Notes: generated from the sequence alone by a model not told the origin. 34,935 nucleotides of DNA from Rhodothermales bacterium (GCA_035512315.1 DATKEJ010000404.1:1-34935), one strand, 5' to 3'; positions 24,939 through 34,454 are shown, counted from the first letter of the stretch. Made by a program: numbers and translations.

Positions 24939-26150
24939 ATGAAAAATAGATTTCTGTCTCTGGCGACGGCCGCACTGTGTCTCCTCGTTCCGGCCTGTGC
25001 GCCGTCCGCCCAGAATGATCATACTGCATCCTCGGCCCACGATCCTGTCCACCTCGTCGTTTTCGAGGCGGATTCACTCTACACGGCCTGGCCCGCGGCT
25101 GCCAGGACGGTGGAAGGCGACATACTCGTTCTCTACACGGAGACCGACGAGCACATGGGGCCCGACGGCCGGATTGTCGGTGTCCGATCGTCGGATGAAG
25201 GGATGACCTGGTCAGATCCGTTTCTCGTGTATGACACGCCGCTCGACGAGCGGGAGTCGGGGATTACGGTATTGGGTGATGGCCGTTTGGTTGTGCATCT
25301 CTGGTCGACGCGACACACCGAGGAGTCGTATGGAGGGATGTCGCCCGGATCCTACTACGACCACACGGTGGCCGCGTGGGTGGAGGAGGTTAACTCGGCG
25401 TCATACGCGCAAGCCGAGGCACTCGAGGGTGCGCGCGCAATCATGTCGTCTGACGGCGGAAGGACGTGGAGCGAGCCGGTCGACGGTCCCGATACGATCC
25501 ACGGCGGCATTCAGCTGCACGATGGGTCGATTCTCGTTTCGTCGTACAGATTGTCGCGCGACTATGTGACGGTGCACAAGGCGGAATCCTGGGAGGGACC
25601 GTACCGCCAGATTGCGACCGTGGGGGCGAACGATTCGTCCGTCCAAACGCGTCCTGACAGCTTGCGTTTTGGTGAACCGAGCATCCTTCAGCTCCCATCC
25701 GGCCGAGTGATCATGATGATGCGCGTCACGCCGAAGCCGTACTCCGACTCCGATCGGCGGAGCGTGCTCTGGGAATCATACAGCGACGACAACGGCGAGA
25801 CGTGGGTCGATCCGTTCCCGACGCCGCTCTGGGGATTTCCACCCCACCTAATGTTGCACAGCGACGGACGGGTTGTGGTTGTTTACGGCAGGAGGATACC
25901 GCCGTTCGGCCAGAGGGCGGCCGTCAGTTCGGACGGGATCACATGGCGCGAGGAGGACGAGATCGTGCTGCGAAATGACGCCCCGAACAAGGATCTCGGG
26001 TATCCCGCATCCGTCGAACTGGAGGACGGACGTGTTCTGACCGTGTACTACCAGTCGCATCCGAGCGATACGCTACGCCCGCCGGAGGGTCCTCCTCCCG
26101 ATCGTCACAAGCCGGATATTATGGGGACAGTGTGGCGGATGCCGGACTAG
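24939..26150 (+). CDS. Exported BNR/Asp-box repeat protein (sialidase-fold family)
   Basis: Signal peptide with Cys20. Four Asp-boxes: [42 protein letters not shown]. No FRIP motif noticed. Confidence 0.7.
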   Translation: MKNRFLSLATAALCLLVPACAPSAQNDHTASSAHDPVHLVVFEADSLYTAWPAAARTVEGDILVLYTETDEHMGPDGRIVGVRSSDEGMTWSDPFLVYDTPLDERESGITVLGDGRLVVHLWSTRHTEESYGGMSPGSYYDHTVAAWVEEVNSASYAQAEALEGARAIMSSDGGRTWSEPVDGPDTIHGGIQLHDGSILVSSYRLSRDYVTVHKAESWEGPYRQIATVGANDSSVQTRPDSLRFGEPSILQLPSGRVIMMMRVTPKPYSDSDRRSVLWESYSDDNGETWVDPFPTPLWGFPPHLMLHSDGRVVVVYGRRIPPFGQRAAVSSDGITWREEDEIVLRNDAPNKDLGYPASVELEDGRVLTVYYQSHPSDTLRPPEGPPPDRHKPDIMGTVWRMPD

Positions 26151-26182
26151 TCTGCAAGTCTGCAAGTCTGCAAGTCTCCCAG
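26151..26182. repeat. Octamer tandem array (TCTGCAAG) x4
   Basis: Starts on the nucleotide after the BNR gene stop codon. Confidence 0.9.
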
Positions 26183-26222
26183 TCGCCGCGTGTAAACCTT
26201 GGCTCATCCCGTTGAGTTGGGA

Positions 26223-26281
26223 GACGTTCGACGTTCGACGTTTGACGTTCGACGTTTGACGTTTGACGTTCGACGTTCGAC
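26223..26281. repeat. Heptamer tandem array (GACGTTY) x8.4
   Basis: Longest array in the window. Ends on the nucleotide before the stop (26282-26284) of the minus-strand gene. Confidence 0.95.
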
Positions 26282-27889
26282 CTACCAGGGAACGATCCGC
26301 GCGACTTTCGGTGTGACGGACGGCGAATTCCCGTATGCCACCCACACGCCGTCCGTTTCGCGGTCGACTGCCATATGCCGGATGAGCGATCGCGGTGACG
26401 GAAGGTTGTATGTGGTGAACTGGGCGGTTTCCGGATTGAAGCTGAACACCGCATCCGCGGCCGCCGTCGCGACCCAAATGTGACCCGTGTTTGGGTGGTG
26501 CCTGACGATGTACGGAAGCGCGTCACGAACCGGAAGCTCGTATTCCGTGAACTTCTCCAGCGCCGGATCGAACGCCGCGATCCGGTTTGCCGCGTACTCC
26601 GGAATCCAGATCGTGCCGTCAGGCGCCGGGTCGGGTCGTCGCGGTCCGCTGAACGGTGTCGGTAGCGGATACACGGAGAACATCTTGTCATCCGGGCTTA
26701 ACTTGATCAGCCGGTTCCCGATGAGCTCGGTGCCCCAGATGGCTCCGTCGGGGCCCTTCCTCAATCCGTACGGCATGTTAGTTCCTCCGTCAGGCATCGG
26801 GGGAACCGGGACCTCGAACGTTTCGATTTCTCCGGTCGCGACGTCGAGGCGGCCCATCAGCTCGGGATCCTTCGTGAAATGACCGTTGAACCAGACTGCG
26901 CCGTCGTTAGGGATAATGCTGTGCGGATACATCCCGATGCTGAACTGGGACCATGAACTGTCGGCCGGATTGAAGCCCGCTATCATTTGCGGGAATCCGA
27001 GCAGCGTCCAGTACACCCCGTTCGCGTCGATGTCCACAGCGCGAGGATTCGCGAACTGGACCGGAATCGGGATCGTCGCGAAATCTCCGGTTGCCGGATC
27101 GAGATCATAGAGGAGGTGGGTGAACATGCCCGTGACGATGACGTGTCCGCGGCTGTCGACGGCGAGGTCGTGCGGGAGATCGGCCTGCTCGGGTATCGGG
27201 TACTCGGTGATTGTGGCTCGAGCGGATCGGCCCATACTATCATCCCGAGGAGCGCCAGCGACGAGGGACCCCTCACTTGGTTCGGGATGACGAGTGGCGT
27301 TCAAGTGGGCCACCAGCCAGTCAGCCGTTTCTTCCGCGTTCCTGGACGGCGACATTACCGGGAATTGGGATGATCCTCCGGAGAAAGCGATCATCTGGTT
27401 GATGCGCTCGACCCACGACTCGCGCGTTCGCGGCTGCCCGTCTACCTCGACGATCTGCCGGTCGAATTGATGGCAGCCGGTACAGTCGAGAATGAACTTC
27501 CGTTTGGTTTCGCCGTCCGGCAGAAGAGAGAGATAGGCGGACGCCGGATGCAAGGCCGAGCCAGCGTCGCCCTCGACCTCGATGACCACGTCATCGGTTC
27601 CGCTGCCCTCGAGTGAAGTCGCCTTAATGGTGGGCCCGTGAGCCGCAAGTGCGTACGCGGTCGGCCGGACGAGGGGCGCAGCGAACCTTCCTCGCTCATC
27701 CGTCACTACGCTTACCGAGTAGGCGCTGTCGGAAGACCAACTTGTCACGAAGACGTTCGTGGCGGGTGTTCCTTCACCAGTGACGACCTCACCGACAATT
27801 ACCGCGTCGTCGGAGAAAGGATGCTCGAGGGGCTGACCGCAGCCTAGCCAGAATGCAACCAAGGCGGTCGGAAGGATGTACCTTGTCAT
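26282..27889 (-). CDS. Vgb-like (streptogramin-lyase-like) beta-propeller protein with an N-terminal CarboxypepD_reg-like domain and a CxxCH motif
   Basis: 535 aa with an N-terminal signal and Cys17. Six repeats of the form F..Y.LP, then P..L.VD..G.VW (for example ITEYPIPEQADLPHDLAVDSRGHVIV and FTEYELPVRDALPYIVRHHPNTGHIWV). CTGCH is encoded at 27470-27484. Confidence 0.6.
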   Translation of the reverse strand: MTRYILPTALVAFWLGCGQPLEHPFSDDAVIVGEVVTGEGTPATNVFVTSWSSDSAYSVSVVTDERGRFAAPLVRPTAYALAAHGPTIKATSLEGSGTDDVVIEVEGDAGSALHPASAYLSLLPDGETKRKFILDCTGCHQFDRQIVEVDGQPRTRESWVERINQMIAFSGGSSQFPVMSPSRNAEETADWLVAHLNATRHPEPSEGSLVAGAPRDDSMGRSARATITEYPIPEQADLPHDLAVDSRGHVIVTGMFTHLLYDLDPATGDFATIPIPVQFANPRAVDIDANGVYWTLLGFPQMIAGFNPADSSWSQFSIGMYPHSIIPNDGAVWFNGHFTKDPELMGRLDVATGEIETFEVPVPPMPDGGTNMPYGLRKGPDGAIWGTELIGNRLIKLSPDDKMFSVYPLPTPFSGPRRPDPAPDGTIWIPEYAANRIAAFDPALEKFTEYELPVRDALPYIVRHHPNTGHIWVATAAADAVFSFNPETAQFTTYNLPSPRSLIRHMAVDRETDGVWVAYGNSPSVTPKVARIVPW

Positions 27890-28006
27890 AAATATGGTGG
27901 AGAGGTGGATCTATAGACAATTGATGGGTCTGCCTACGAAACTACCGGCACCGGGATGCGAGGATCACTACAATTTGCCCTGCATCCTCGGTGCGACCGT
28001 TTTAGA

Positions 28007-28042
28007 GGGAGTGCGTCGCACTTAAAGGTGCGACGCTCTCCC
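28007..28042. promoter_or_regulatory. 15-bp inverted repeat GGGAGTGCGTCGCAC-N6-GTGCGACGCTCTCCC (14/15 complementary)
   Basis: Read directly. Lies 41 nt upstream of the OsmC-like ATG. A third GTGCGAC half-site is at 27991. Confidence 0.4.
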
Positions 28043-28083
28043 CTTAACGCCGTCACACACATTCAGCGAAAGACGATATCAAT

Positions 28084-28602
28084 ATGAGCCAGCCGGCAAG
28101 GATTAAGCACTTATTTGAACGTACCCGAAAGGCGTTGCGAGCACGACCCTTCATAGGGTTGAAAACTGCGACTTCTCACTCGCGCATTGTCGACGGGACG
28201 ACGTGCGAAGTGACTGAGGGCAAATGGACGCTGGTCGTCGACATGTCGGAAAAGGCGGGTGGCAGCGGGCGGGGACCCGACTCGGGAGTGTTTGGGAGAG
28301 CCGCATTTGGAAGCTGTACGGCTATTAGCTATGCGCAGTGGGCGGCCATTTTGGATGTCACGATTCAATCGCTCGAGGTGACGGTGGAAACGGACGCGGA
28401 CAACTCAGGATATTATGATGTCGCCGATGTGCCGGCCGGTTACTTACGTGCTCGCACACTCGTCAGGATCGAAAGTCCCGATCCCGTGGAGAAAGTCATC
28501 GAAGTGCTCGACAAAGGTGACAAACACAGCCCCTACCACGACCTGTGGAGCCGGGCATTCGAGATCGAGCGAACCGTAATCCTCAACGGAAACGAGATTT
28601 GA
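28084..28602 (+). CDS. OsmC/Ohr-family protein (second conserved Cys apparently replaced by Ser)
   Basis: 172 aa. GGSGRGPDSG and FGSCTAISYAQW. The usual C-terminal CPY context reads KHSPYHD. Confidence 0.65.
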   Translation: MSQPARIKHLFERTRKALRARPFIGLKTATSHSRIVDGTTCEVTEGKWTLVVDMSEKAGGSGRGPDSGVFGRAAFGSCTAISYAQWAAILDVTIQSLEVTVETDADNSGYYDVADVPAGYLRARTLVRIESPDPVEKVIEVLDKGDKHSPYHDLWSRAFEIERTVILNGNEI

Positions 28603-28603
28603 C

Positions 28604-29431
28604 ATGGATGAGAGACTGCAAAGACGAGTACAGCGCTACGGTTGGGACAAGGCCGCGGCTCATTACGAACTGCACTGGCGCAAACAACTCGAACCCGCCC
28701 AGAGACTCCTGCTGGAGATGGCCGGGATACGGGCCGGGGAGCACGTTATTGATATTGCCTGCGGCACCGGATTGACGACCTTTCCCGCGGCCGAAGCAGC
28801 CGGCCGCAACGGCCGTGTTCTTGGCACTGACATTTCGGACAGGATGGTCGAGGCGGCCTCGGCACGCGCTGCGTCGAACGGTGTAGAGCATGCCGAATTC
28901 GCCAGAATGGATGCAGAGTCCCTCGACGTTCCCGACCAGAGTTTTGACGTCGCGCTGTGCGGCCTTGGTCTTATGTACGCCCCGTTTCCCTCGGTGGCCG
29001 TTTCCGAGATGTTTCGCGTGCTGAAAGCCGGCGGCCGGGCCTCCGCCGCTGTTTGGGGACGCCGCGACAAGTGCGGCTGGGCCGAGATCTTCCCGATCGT
29101 TGATGCACGCGTATCGACCGAGGTATGCCCCATGTTCTTCCAACTGGGAACGGGGGACGTTCTGAGTGCAGTCTTCAACGAGGCGGGATTCACCGACGTC
29201 CGTTCGGAGCGGATTTCGGTCGAACTCCATTACGAGACGGATGATGACGCCTGCGGTGCTGCCTTCGCAGGTGGTCCTGTTGCGCTAGCCTATTCTCGTT
29301 TTGACGAGCCGACGCGTAAGGAAGCCTTCGAAGAGTACCTCGCGTCGATTCGTCCTTACCGGGATGGCGACGGATACAAGATCCCCGGGGAGTTCGTGAT
29401 CGTCTCGGGCCACCGAGATAACGATTCGTGA
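28604..29431 (+). CDS. Class I SAM-dependent methyltransferase
   Basis: 275 aa. Motif I VIDIACGTG; post-I LGTDIS; FDVALCGLGLMY. Starts 1 nt after the OsmC-like stop. Confidence 0.8.
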   Translation: MDERLQRRVQRYGWDKAAAHYELHWRKQLEPAQRLLLEMAGIRAGEHVIDIACGTGLTTFPAAEAAGRNGRVLGTDISDRMVEAASARAASNGVEHAEFARMDAESLDVPDQSFDVALCGLGLMYAPFPSVAVSEMFRVLKAGGRASAAVWGRRDKCGWAEIFPIVDARVSTEVCPMFFQLGTGDVLSAVFNEAGFTDVRSERISVELHYETDDDACGAAFAGGPVALAYSRFDEPTRKEAFEEYLASIRPYRDGDGYKIPGEFVIVSGHRDNDS

Positions 29432-29591
29432 ACACCGTCATTTGGGCGCGCCGCCATTTCGGACGTCTCCAGACGATGCATCTCAAACGAGGTCATGAGC
29501 GCTGTAGATCGCGAAAATGTACATCGAATTCGTCAAGTTCACTCCCGCTACTTCGTAGTCTTGTGATCAGTTCGGGCGAATCCCCGTGACT

Positions 29592-29642
29592 GTTATCCCG
29601 GACTTCATCGGGCCGTCATCCCGGACTTGATCCGGGATCCAG
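29592..29642. repeat. Hairpin element copy 2 (29615-29642, GTCATCCCGGACTTGATCCGGGATCCAG) preceded by a degenerate half copy
   Basis: 8-bp perfect stem ATCCCGGA/TCCGGGAT with loop CTTGA. The half copy GTTATCCCGGACTTCATCGGG is at 29592-29612. Confidence 0.85.
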
Positions 29643-29683
29643 CGTCGGATCATCCGGCGAACACGAGATATCTTGCGACGACT

Positions 29684-31753
29684 ATGCCGATGCGAAGCGC
29701 GAGCCTTGCAGCATGCCTGCTGATTGCTGTGACCGCGGCCACACCGGGGTTGCTTTCCGCACAGACGGGCGCCGACCGGATTCGTCTGAATCAGATCGGC
29801 TTTTATCCCACTGCGCCCAAGATAGCGATCGTCGTCGATGCCCCGGAAGGTCCGTTCTTCGTAACGACGCCGCAGCTCGACGACACCCTCTTCACGGGTG
29901 CCCTCTCCGGCTCCCGGACCTGGAGCACGTCCGCCGACCCTGTTCGCCGCGCTGATTTCAGCGCATTGCAGGCGGAGGGCGAGTTTGTCGTTACGGTTCC
30001 CGGGATTGGCGCGTCGCACGTTTTCGAGATCGGCCGCGGAGTTCATGACTTGGTGTCACGTGCAGGCTTGAAGAGTTTCTATTTCCAGCGCGCATCATCG
30101 GGGTTGGATGAACAGCATGCCGGGAAATGGCATCGGGCGGCCGGTCATCCGGACACGGAGGTACTCGTCCACGGATCAGCTGCAACGACGCAGCGGCCTG
30201 CAGAGACCAAGATTTCATCGCCTCGCGGCTGGTATGACGCGGGCGATTACAACAAATACATCGTCAATTCCGGCATTACGGTAGGAACGCTGCTGTCGCT
30301 TTACGAGGACTATCCGGAACACCTCGACACGCTGGATCTCGACATTCCTGAAAGTGGCAACGGGCTCCCGGATTTGCTGGATGAGGTCCTCTGGAATATC
30401 CGGTGGATGCTGACCATGCAGGATCCCGACGACGGAGGCGTCTACCACAAGCTCACGACGGCGAACTTCGAATCATTCGTGATGCCCGACAAGGCAACGT
30501 CGAGCCGATACGTTGTTCAGAAGAGTACGCCGGCTGCGCTCAATTTTGCCGCCGTTGCCGCTCAATCGGCTCGCGTGTTCTCGCGTTTCGGGACCGAACT
30601 TCCCGGGCTGGCGGATTCGTGCACCGTCGCAGCGCGCTCAGCCTGGAGTTGGGCCCGACGGAACCCGGAGATCCGCTACAGCCAGTCCGCCCTGAACGCC
30701 GCATTCAACCCTGACATTAACACGGGCGAGTACGGGGACTCCAGTTTCAGGGACGAATTCGCGTGGGCGGCGGCGGAGCTTTTCGCGACGACCCGGGAAG
30801 ACAGTTTCCTGACTGCCGTCGACGTCTTCTTTACGCCCAACTACACCGTCCCCTATTGGGGTCGTGTGGAGACGCTCGGGTACTACACGCTTTTCCGGAT
30901 GCGCAACGAGTTTACGGGGACCGGTGCGCAGTACGCCGCCCAGGCCCTCTCGAAAGTCATGGCTCTCGCTTCGGGCGTTAACGCGAATGCTTCCGGCACA
31001 GCCTACGGGGTCGCCATGGGAAAGACGAGCGACGATTTCGTTTGGGGAAGCAACGCCGTGGCCTCAAACCAGGGGATTGCGCTCATATACGGATACCGCG
31101 CGAGCGGAGACAGAAAGTACATCGAGATGGCGCTCGCCAATCTGGATTACCTGCTCGGCAGGAATGCCACGTCATACTCGTTCGTGACCGGGCACGGAGA
31201 CAAGACGCCGAGATTCCCGCACCACCGGCAGTCGGGATCGGACGGCATACCGGATCCCGTCCCGGGCCTCCTCGTCGGTGGCCCGAATCCCGACCGGCAG
31301 GACGGCTGCGTCTATCCATCGACACATCCGGCCGAGTCCTATACCGACACGGAGTGCTCATATGCCTCGAATGAGAACGCCATCAACTGGAGTGCGGCTT
31401 TTGCCTACCTCGTGACGGCGATCGAGGCACTCAAATCGGATGCCGGTTTTGCGTCGGTTGCCGTCGAGCCGCCGGAGCACGACTTCGGGGCGGCTCCTGC
31501 GATAAAAAGTGTCTTTCCGAACCCTTTACGCGAGCAAGCGACGATCTCGTTCTCGGTAGATCGACCGCAGCGCGTCCGAGTCGATGTTACCGATCAGCTC
31601 GGAAGGAGGGTGGGTGTCGCTCGCCAGATGGAGGTCCGCTCGGGCTCAAATCAAACCGTTGTTGACGGCCAATCGCTCCCCCCAGGTGTCTACTTTGTCA
31701 CACTCACAGGAGAGTGGTTTCGTGAAAGCTTCAAGTTCGTGCAGCTGAGATAA
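29684..31753 (+). CDS. Glycoside hydrolase family 9 endoglucanase with N-terminal Ig-like (CelD_N) domain and T9SS C-terminal sorting domain
   Basis: Start moved to ATG 29684 (MPMRSASLAACLLIAVTAATPGLLSAQ signal peptide). IRLNQIGFYP, GWYDAGDYNKY, FPHHRQS and YASNENAINWSAAFAY. The CTD VFPNPLREQATISFSV to FKFVQLR spans 31511-31750. Confidence 0.9.
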   Translation: MPMRSASLAACLLIAVTAATPGLLSAQTGADRIRLNQIGFYPTAPKIAIVVDAPEGPFFVTTPQLDDTLFTGALSGSRTWSTSADPVRRADFSALQAEGEFVVTVPGIGASHVFEIGRGVHDLVSRAGLKSFYFQRASSGLDEQHAGKWHRAAGHPDTEVLVHGSAATTQRPAETKISSPRGWYDAGDYNKYIVNSGITVGTLLSLYEDYPEHLDTLDLDIPESGNGLPDLLDEVLWNIRWMLTMQDPDDGGVYHKLTTANFESFVMPDKATSSRYVVQKSTPAALNFAAVAAQSARVFSRFGTELPGLADSCTVAARSAWSWARRNPEIRYSQSALNAAFNPDINTGEYGDSSFRDEFAWAAAELFATTREDSFLTAVDVFFTPNYTVPYWGRVETLGYYTLFRMRNEFTGTGAQYAAQALSKVMALASGVNANASGTAYGVAMGKTSDDFVWGSNAVASNQGIALIYGYRASGDRKYIEMALANLDYLLGRNATSYSFVTGHGDKTPRFPHHRQSGSDGIPDPVPGLLVGGPNPDRQDGCVYPSTHPAESYTDTECSYASNENAINWSAAFAYLVTAIEALKSDAGFASVAVEPPEHDFGAAPAIKSVFPNPLREQATISFSVDRPQRVRVDVTDQLGRRVGVARQMEVRSGSNQTVVDGQSLPPGVYFVTLTGEWFRESFKFVQLR

Positions 31754-31959
31754 CGTCGTCGTCGTCTTGCAACTGTAGGGATGAATCGGCCGCTACGTTG
31801 TGCATCTTACCCAGCAACCGGCGAACTTGAAACTCAGAAGGTCTCAAGCGGTAAACGGTGCTCAAGTGTCGGAAAAGGCGCGTCGCGTCCACCCCAGGCC
31901 CGGCACATGATTTGCATGTCGGACCAAGGCCATAGAATCAGCAAGCAAGTACCTGCGCC

Positions 31960-33570
31960 ATGTTGACACCGGACCTCGATCAACTGGTTTTCACGGCATA
32001 TCCCTTACTGGATGCCACCTTCGCGAGGGCGCTAGCTCGCCCCGAGCCGCTTGATCACTGGGTTCTAATTGTAGTTGTCGCTCTCGCCTCTGCGTTTCTG
32101 CTTCTCAGGCTAGGAAGTGCGGTGAGCCGGCGCAATTGGAAAGACAGCCTGCTGGATCAGAAGCGAGAGGCCAGGCGACGCACCAGGCAACTGGCACACA
32201 TTTTTTCAAGCCGCGAGTCTTCTTCGCCGCCGACGTCTACGATGGCCCCCACTGAAACGGCGCCTGCCGAGACGTTCGACCTCCGGACTCTCGACGTTCA
32301 GGATCGACTCAACCGTGCTCGCGCCGAAGCTATTCACGTGCTCATGCTGATCGACCGGCTTCTCGAGTCGACACGAACATATGACGGGATGATGAAACCG
32401 GACCTCTCCGAACGGGCGCTCACGGCGACGGTTGGAGAGGCATTCGGGCGTTTTGATGCGGGCGATATGCTGCCGCACATGTTGTTCGATGCTTGCTCGA
32501 CGGATGACGAAGGTGAATCCGAACTCCCTGTCTTGGACGACACCGGCGCGTCAGGCGACACGGCGACTGCGATGGAGGGTGACATCTCACGCCCACTCAT
32601 CCTTGTCGTCACCGAAAGTGCCGAGGTCCGATCGCTCGTCGACACACCTCGGTGGTCGAGATACCGGATTGCGGAGTCGAGCAGCGGTCACAACGGGCTC
32701 CAAATGGCCAGAAGGCTTCAACCCGAGCTCATCATCAGCAACGCCCTCGTGGGCGGGATGGAGGAAGTGGCGTTCAGTCGCAAGGTCAAGGCCGACAAGG
32801 ACCTCCAGCATATTCCCATCGTGCTTCTCGCCGCACTTGACTCGCCGGATGCGCGCGTCGAGGCCATTCAAGCCGGCGTCGATGCCTTCGTGACGCAGCC
32901 CTTCGGTGACAATGAGATCGCCGCAGTTGTTGACAACCTGATCAAGTCGAGGAGAGCGCTGCGCCAGCTGTACAGCCGGCAAGTCCTTCTGAAGCCGTAC
33001 GACGTCGTGGTCGCCTCGTCGGACTGCTCGTTTGTCGAGAGGGTCTACGAAGTTGTCAACCAGCATCTTGGAGACGCCGGCTTCACGGTCGGGCAGCTCG
33101 CTCGCGAAGTGGGTGTGAGTGAAAGTCGCCTCAAGCGAAAGCTGCGGTCACTCATTGACGAAACTCCTGTTGCACTTATCAGAAGGACCAGGCTGGAACG
33201 GGCCGCCGACCTGCTCAGACAGGGCTCGGGGAATGTTAGTGACGCTGCGTTTGCGACGGGCTTCAGTAACCTCAGCTACTTTGCAAAGTGCTTTCGGAAG
33301 CGCTGGGGGCTGACGCCGTCTCAGTTCCTGGCAAGTGAGACGTCGGCGCAGAGGAACGGGCGAGCTTCCGGGCAAGCCTGGCGACAGGAGTGGACGCAGG
33401 CCCCCCTGCGCCCACCTCCCGAAGCAACACAATACACGATAGTAGGATCTATCGGTTCGGCGAGGGCCGTCCCACGACGAAACGCACCCGCGAGCGACCT
33501 GGAGGAGTCCTCGCCCAACAACACTGAGGCCAGTTATGGAAAGCCCCCTCGCTTAACTGAGAGATACTAA
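31960..33570 (+). CDS. Membrane-anchored pseudo-receiver / AraC-type HTH regulator (decayed hybrid two-component system)
   Basis: 536 aa. One TM helix (residues 34-52), a DHp-helix-like remnant (residues about 120-165), a receiver-like domain (residues 212-330, nt 32593-32949) with all conserved phospho-site residues replaced, and an AraC HTH (nt about 33031-33333, FSNLSYFAKCFRKRWGLTPSQF). Confidence 0.75.
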   Translation: MLTPDLDQLVFTAYPLLDATFARALARPEPLDHWVLIVVVALASAFLLLRLGSAVSRRNWKDSLLDQKREARRRTRQLAHIFSSRESSSPPTSTMAPTETAPAETFDLRTLDVQDRLNRARAEAIHVLMLIDRLLESTRTYDGMMKPDLSERALTATVGEAFGRFDAGDMLPHMLFDACSTDDEGESELPVLDDTGASGDTATAMEGDISRPLILVVTESAEVRSLVDTPRWSRYRIAESSSGHNGLQMARRLQPELIISNALVGGMEEVAFSRKVKADKDLQHIPIVLLAALDSPDARVEAIQAGVDAFVTQPFGDNEIAAVVDNLIKSRRALRQLYSRQVLLKPYDVVVASSDCSFVERVYEVVNQHLGDAGFTVGQLAREVGVSESRLKRKLRSLIDETPVALIRRTRLERAADLLRQGSGNVSDAAFATGFSNLSYFAKCFRKRWGLTPSQFLASETSAQRNGRASGQAWRQEWTQAPLRPPPEATQYTIVGSIGSARAVPRRNAPASDLEESSPNNTEASYGKPPRLTERY

Positions 33571-33706
33571 ACAGAAACGGGGAACGCCCGTTACCCCAAT
33601 TCGACCAACCTTTGACATTCTCGGGTCGATCTGATGCGCGCGCATAGACGACTGGTCGAAAAGTGTCATCCGCTCGAAATGCTCGAGAAGCACCTCGGCG
33701 AGCCGG

Positions 33707-34318
33707 TTACAGGTCTGTCGCCGTTTTAGCGAATGTCTGATCGATGAGGGTGCACCAGATGTGGATGATGATGAGGTGCACCTCCTGGATTCGCGCCGTG
33801 GAGGTTGAAGGAACGCGAATCTGATAGTCGGCCGGAAGCGAGTTCAGACCGCCTCCGCCGGTAAGGGCGATCGAGCCGATCCCAGCTTTTCGAGCAGCTG
33901 CGAGGCCGCGCAGGACGTTTTCAGACTGCCCCGAGGTCGTCAGACCAACCGCAACGTCCCCCGGTCTGGCCAGCGCCTCGACCTGTCTGGCGAACAGCTC
34001 CGCAAACCCGAAGTCGTTGGCGATGCACGTTACCAGGCCCGGGCTCGCCGGGAGACTGACTGCCGCCATCGGCCGCCGCGTGAACTGGAAACGGCCCACC
34101 AGCTCACCGACGAAATGATCGGCCTGGGTCGCGCTGCCGCCATTGCCGAATGCCAGAATCTTGCCGCCCGATGACAGGCCCCGGATCAGCACTTCGCCGG
34201 TCGACTGAATCTGATCGCCGAGCGCGTCGCGACACAACCGGATTGTCTCGACGTGTGCGTCGAACTGGGCCTGGATGTTGTCGCGGGAGTTTCTCACACC
34301 TCGTTCCTCAGGAAGCAT
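33707..34318 (-). CDS. gmhA: SIS-domain D-sedoheptulose-7-phosphate isomerase-like protein
   Basis: 203 aa. FGNGGSATQADHFVGELVGRF, CIANDFGFAELFARQVEAL, TTSGQSENV and RIQEVH. Confidence 0.75.
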   Translation of the reverse strand: MLPEERGVRNSRDNIQAQFDAHVETIRLCRDALGDQIQSTGEVLIRGLSSGGKILAFGNGGSATQADHFVGELVGRFQFTRRPMAAVSLPASPGLVTCIANDFGFAELFARQVEALARPGDVAVGLTTSGQSENVLRGLAAARKAGIGSIALTGGGGLNSLPADYQIRVPSTSTARIQEVHLIIIHIWCTLIDQTFAKTATDL

Positions 34319-34364
34319 TTCGGATTTTACCGTTCAGCGTTTATCGTTTCTTGTTTTGTTCTCT

Positions 34365-34388
34365 CGCAAAGGCGCAAAGGTGCGAAGG
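34365..34388. repeat. Octamer tandem array (CGCAAAGG) x3
   Basis: cgcaaagg cgcaaagg tgcgaagg. Related to 6619-6642. Confidence 0.8.
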
Positions 34389-34454
34389 GGATTGGCAGTG
34401 GTCTTCCCGCATTCGTCTCTGACCGCGGACAAACTCGTGCCAGTGCCCGCAGGG

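Noticed and set aside
26223-26281. Possible CRISPR array
   Set aside because: The units are 7 nt and directly abutting, with no spacers. No cas genes are in the window. The same applies to all other arrays.
33576-33592. Hairpin AACGGG-GAACG-CCCGTT after the regulator gene, as a terminator
   Set aside because: The stem is only 6 bp and there is no following T-tract.
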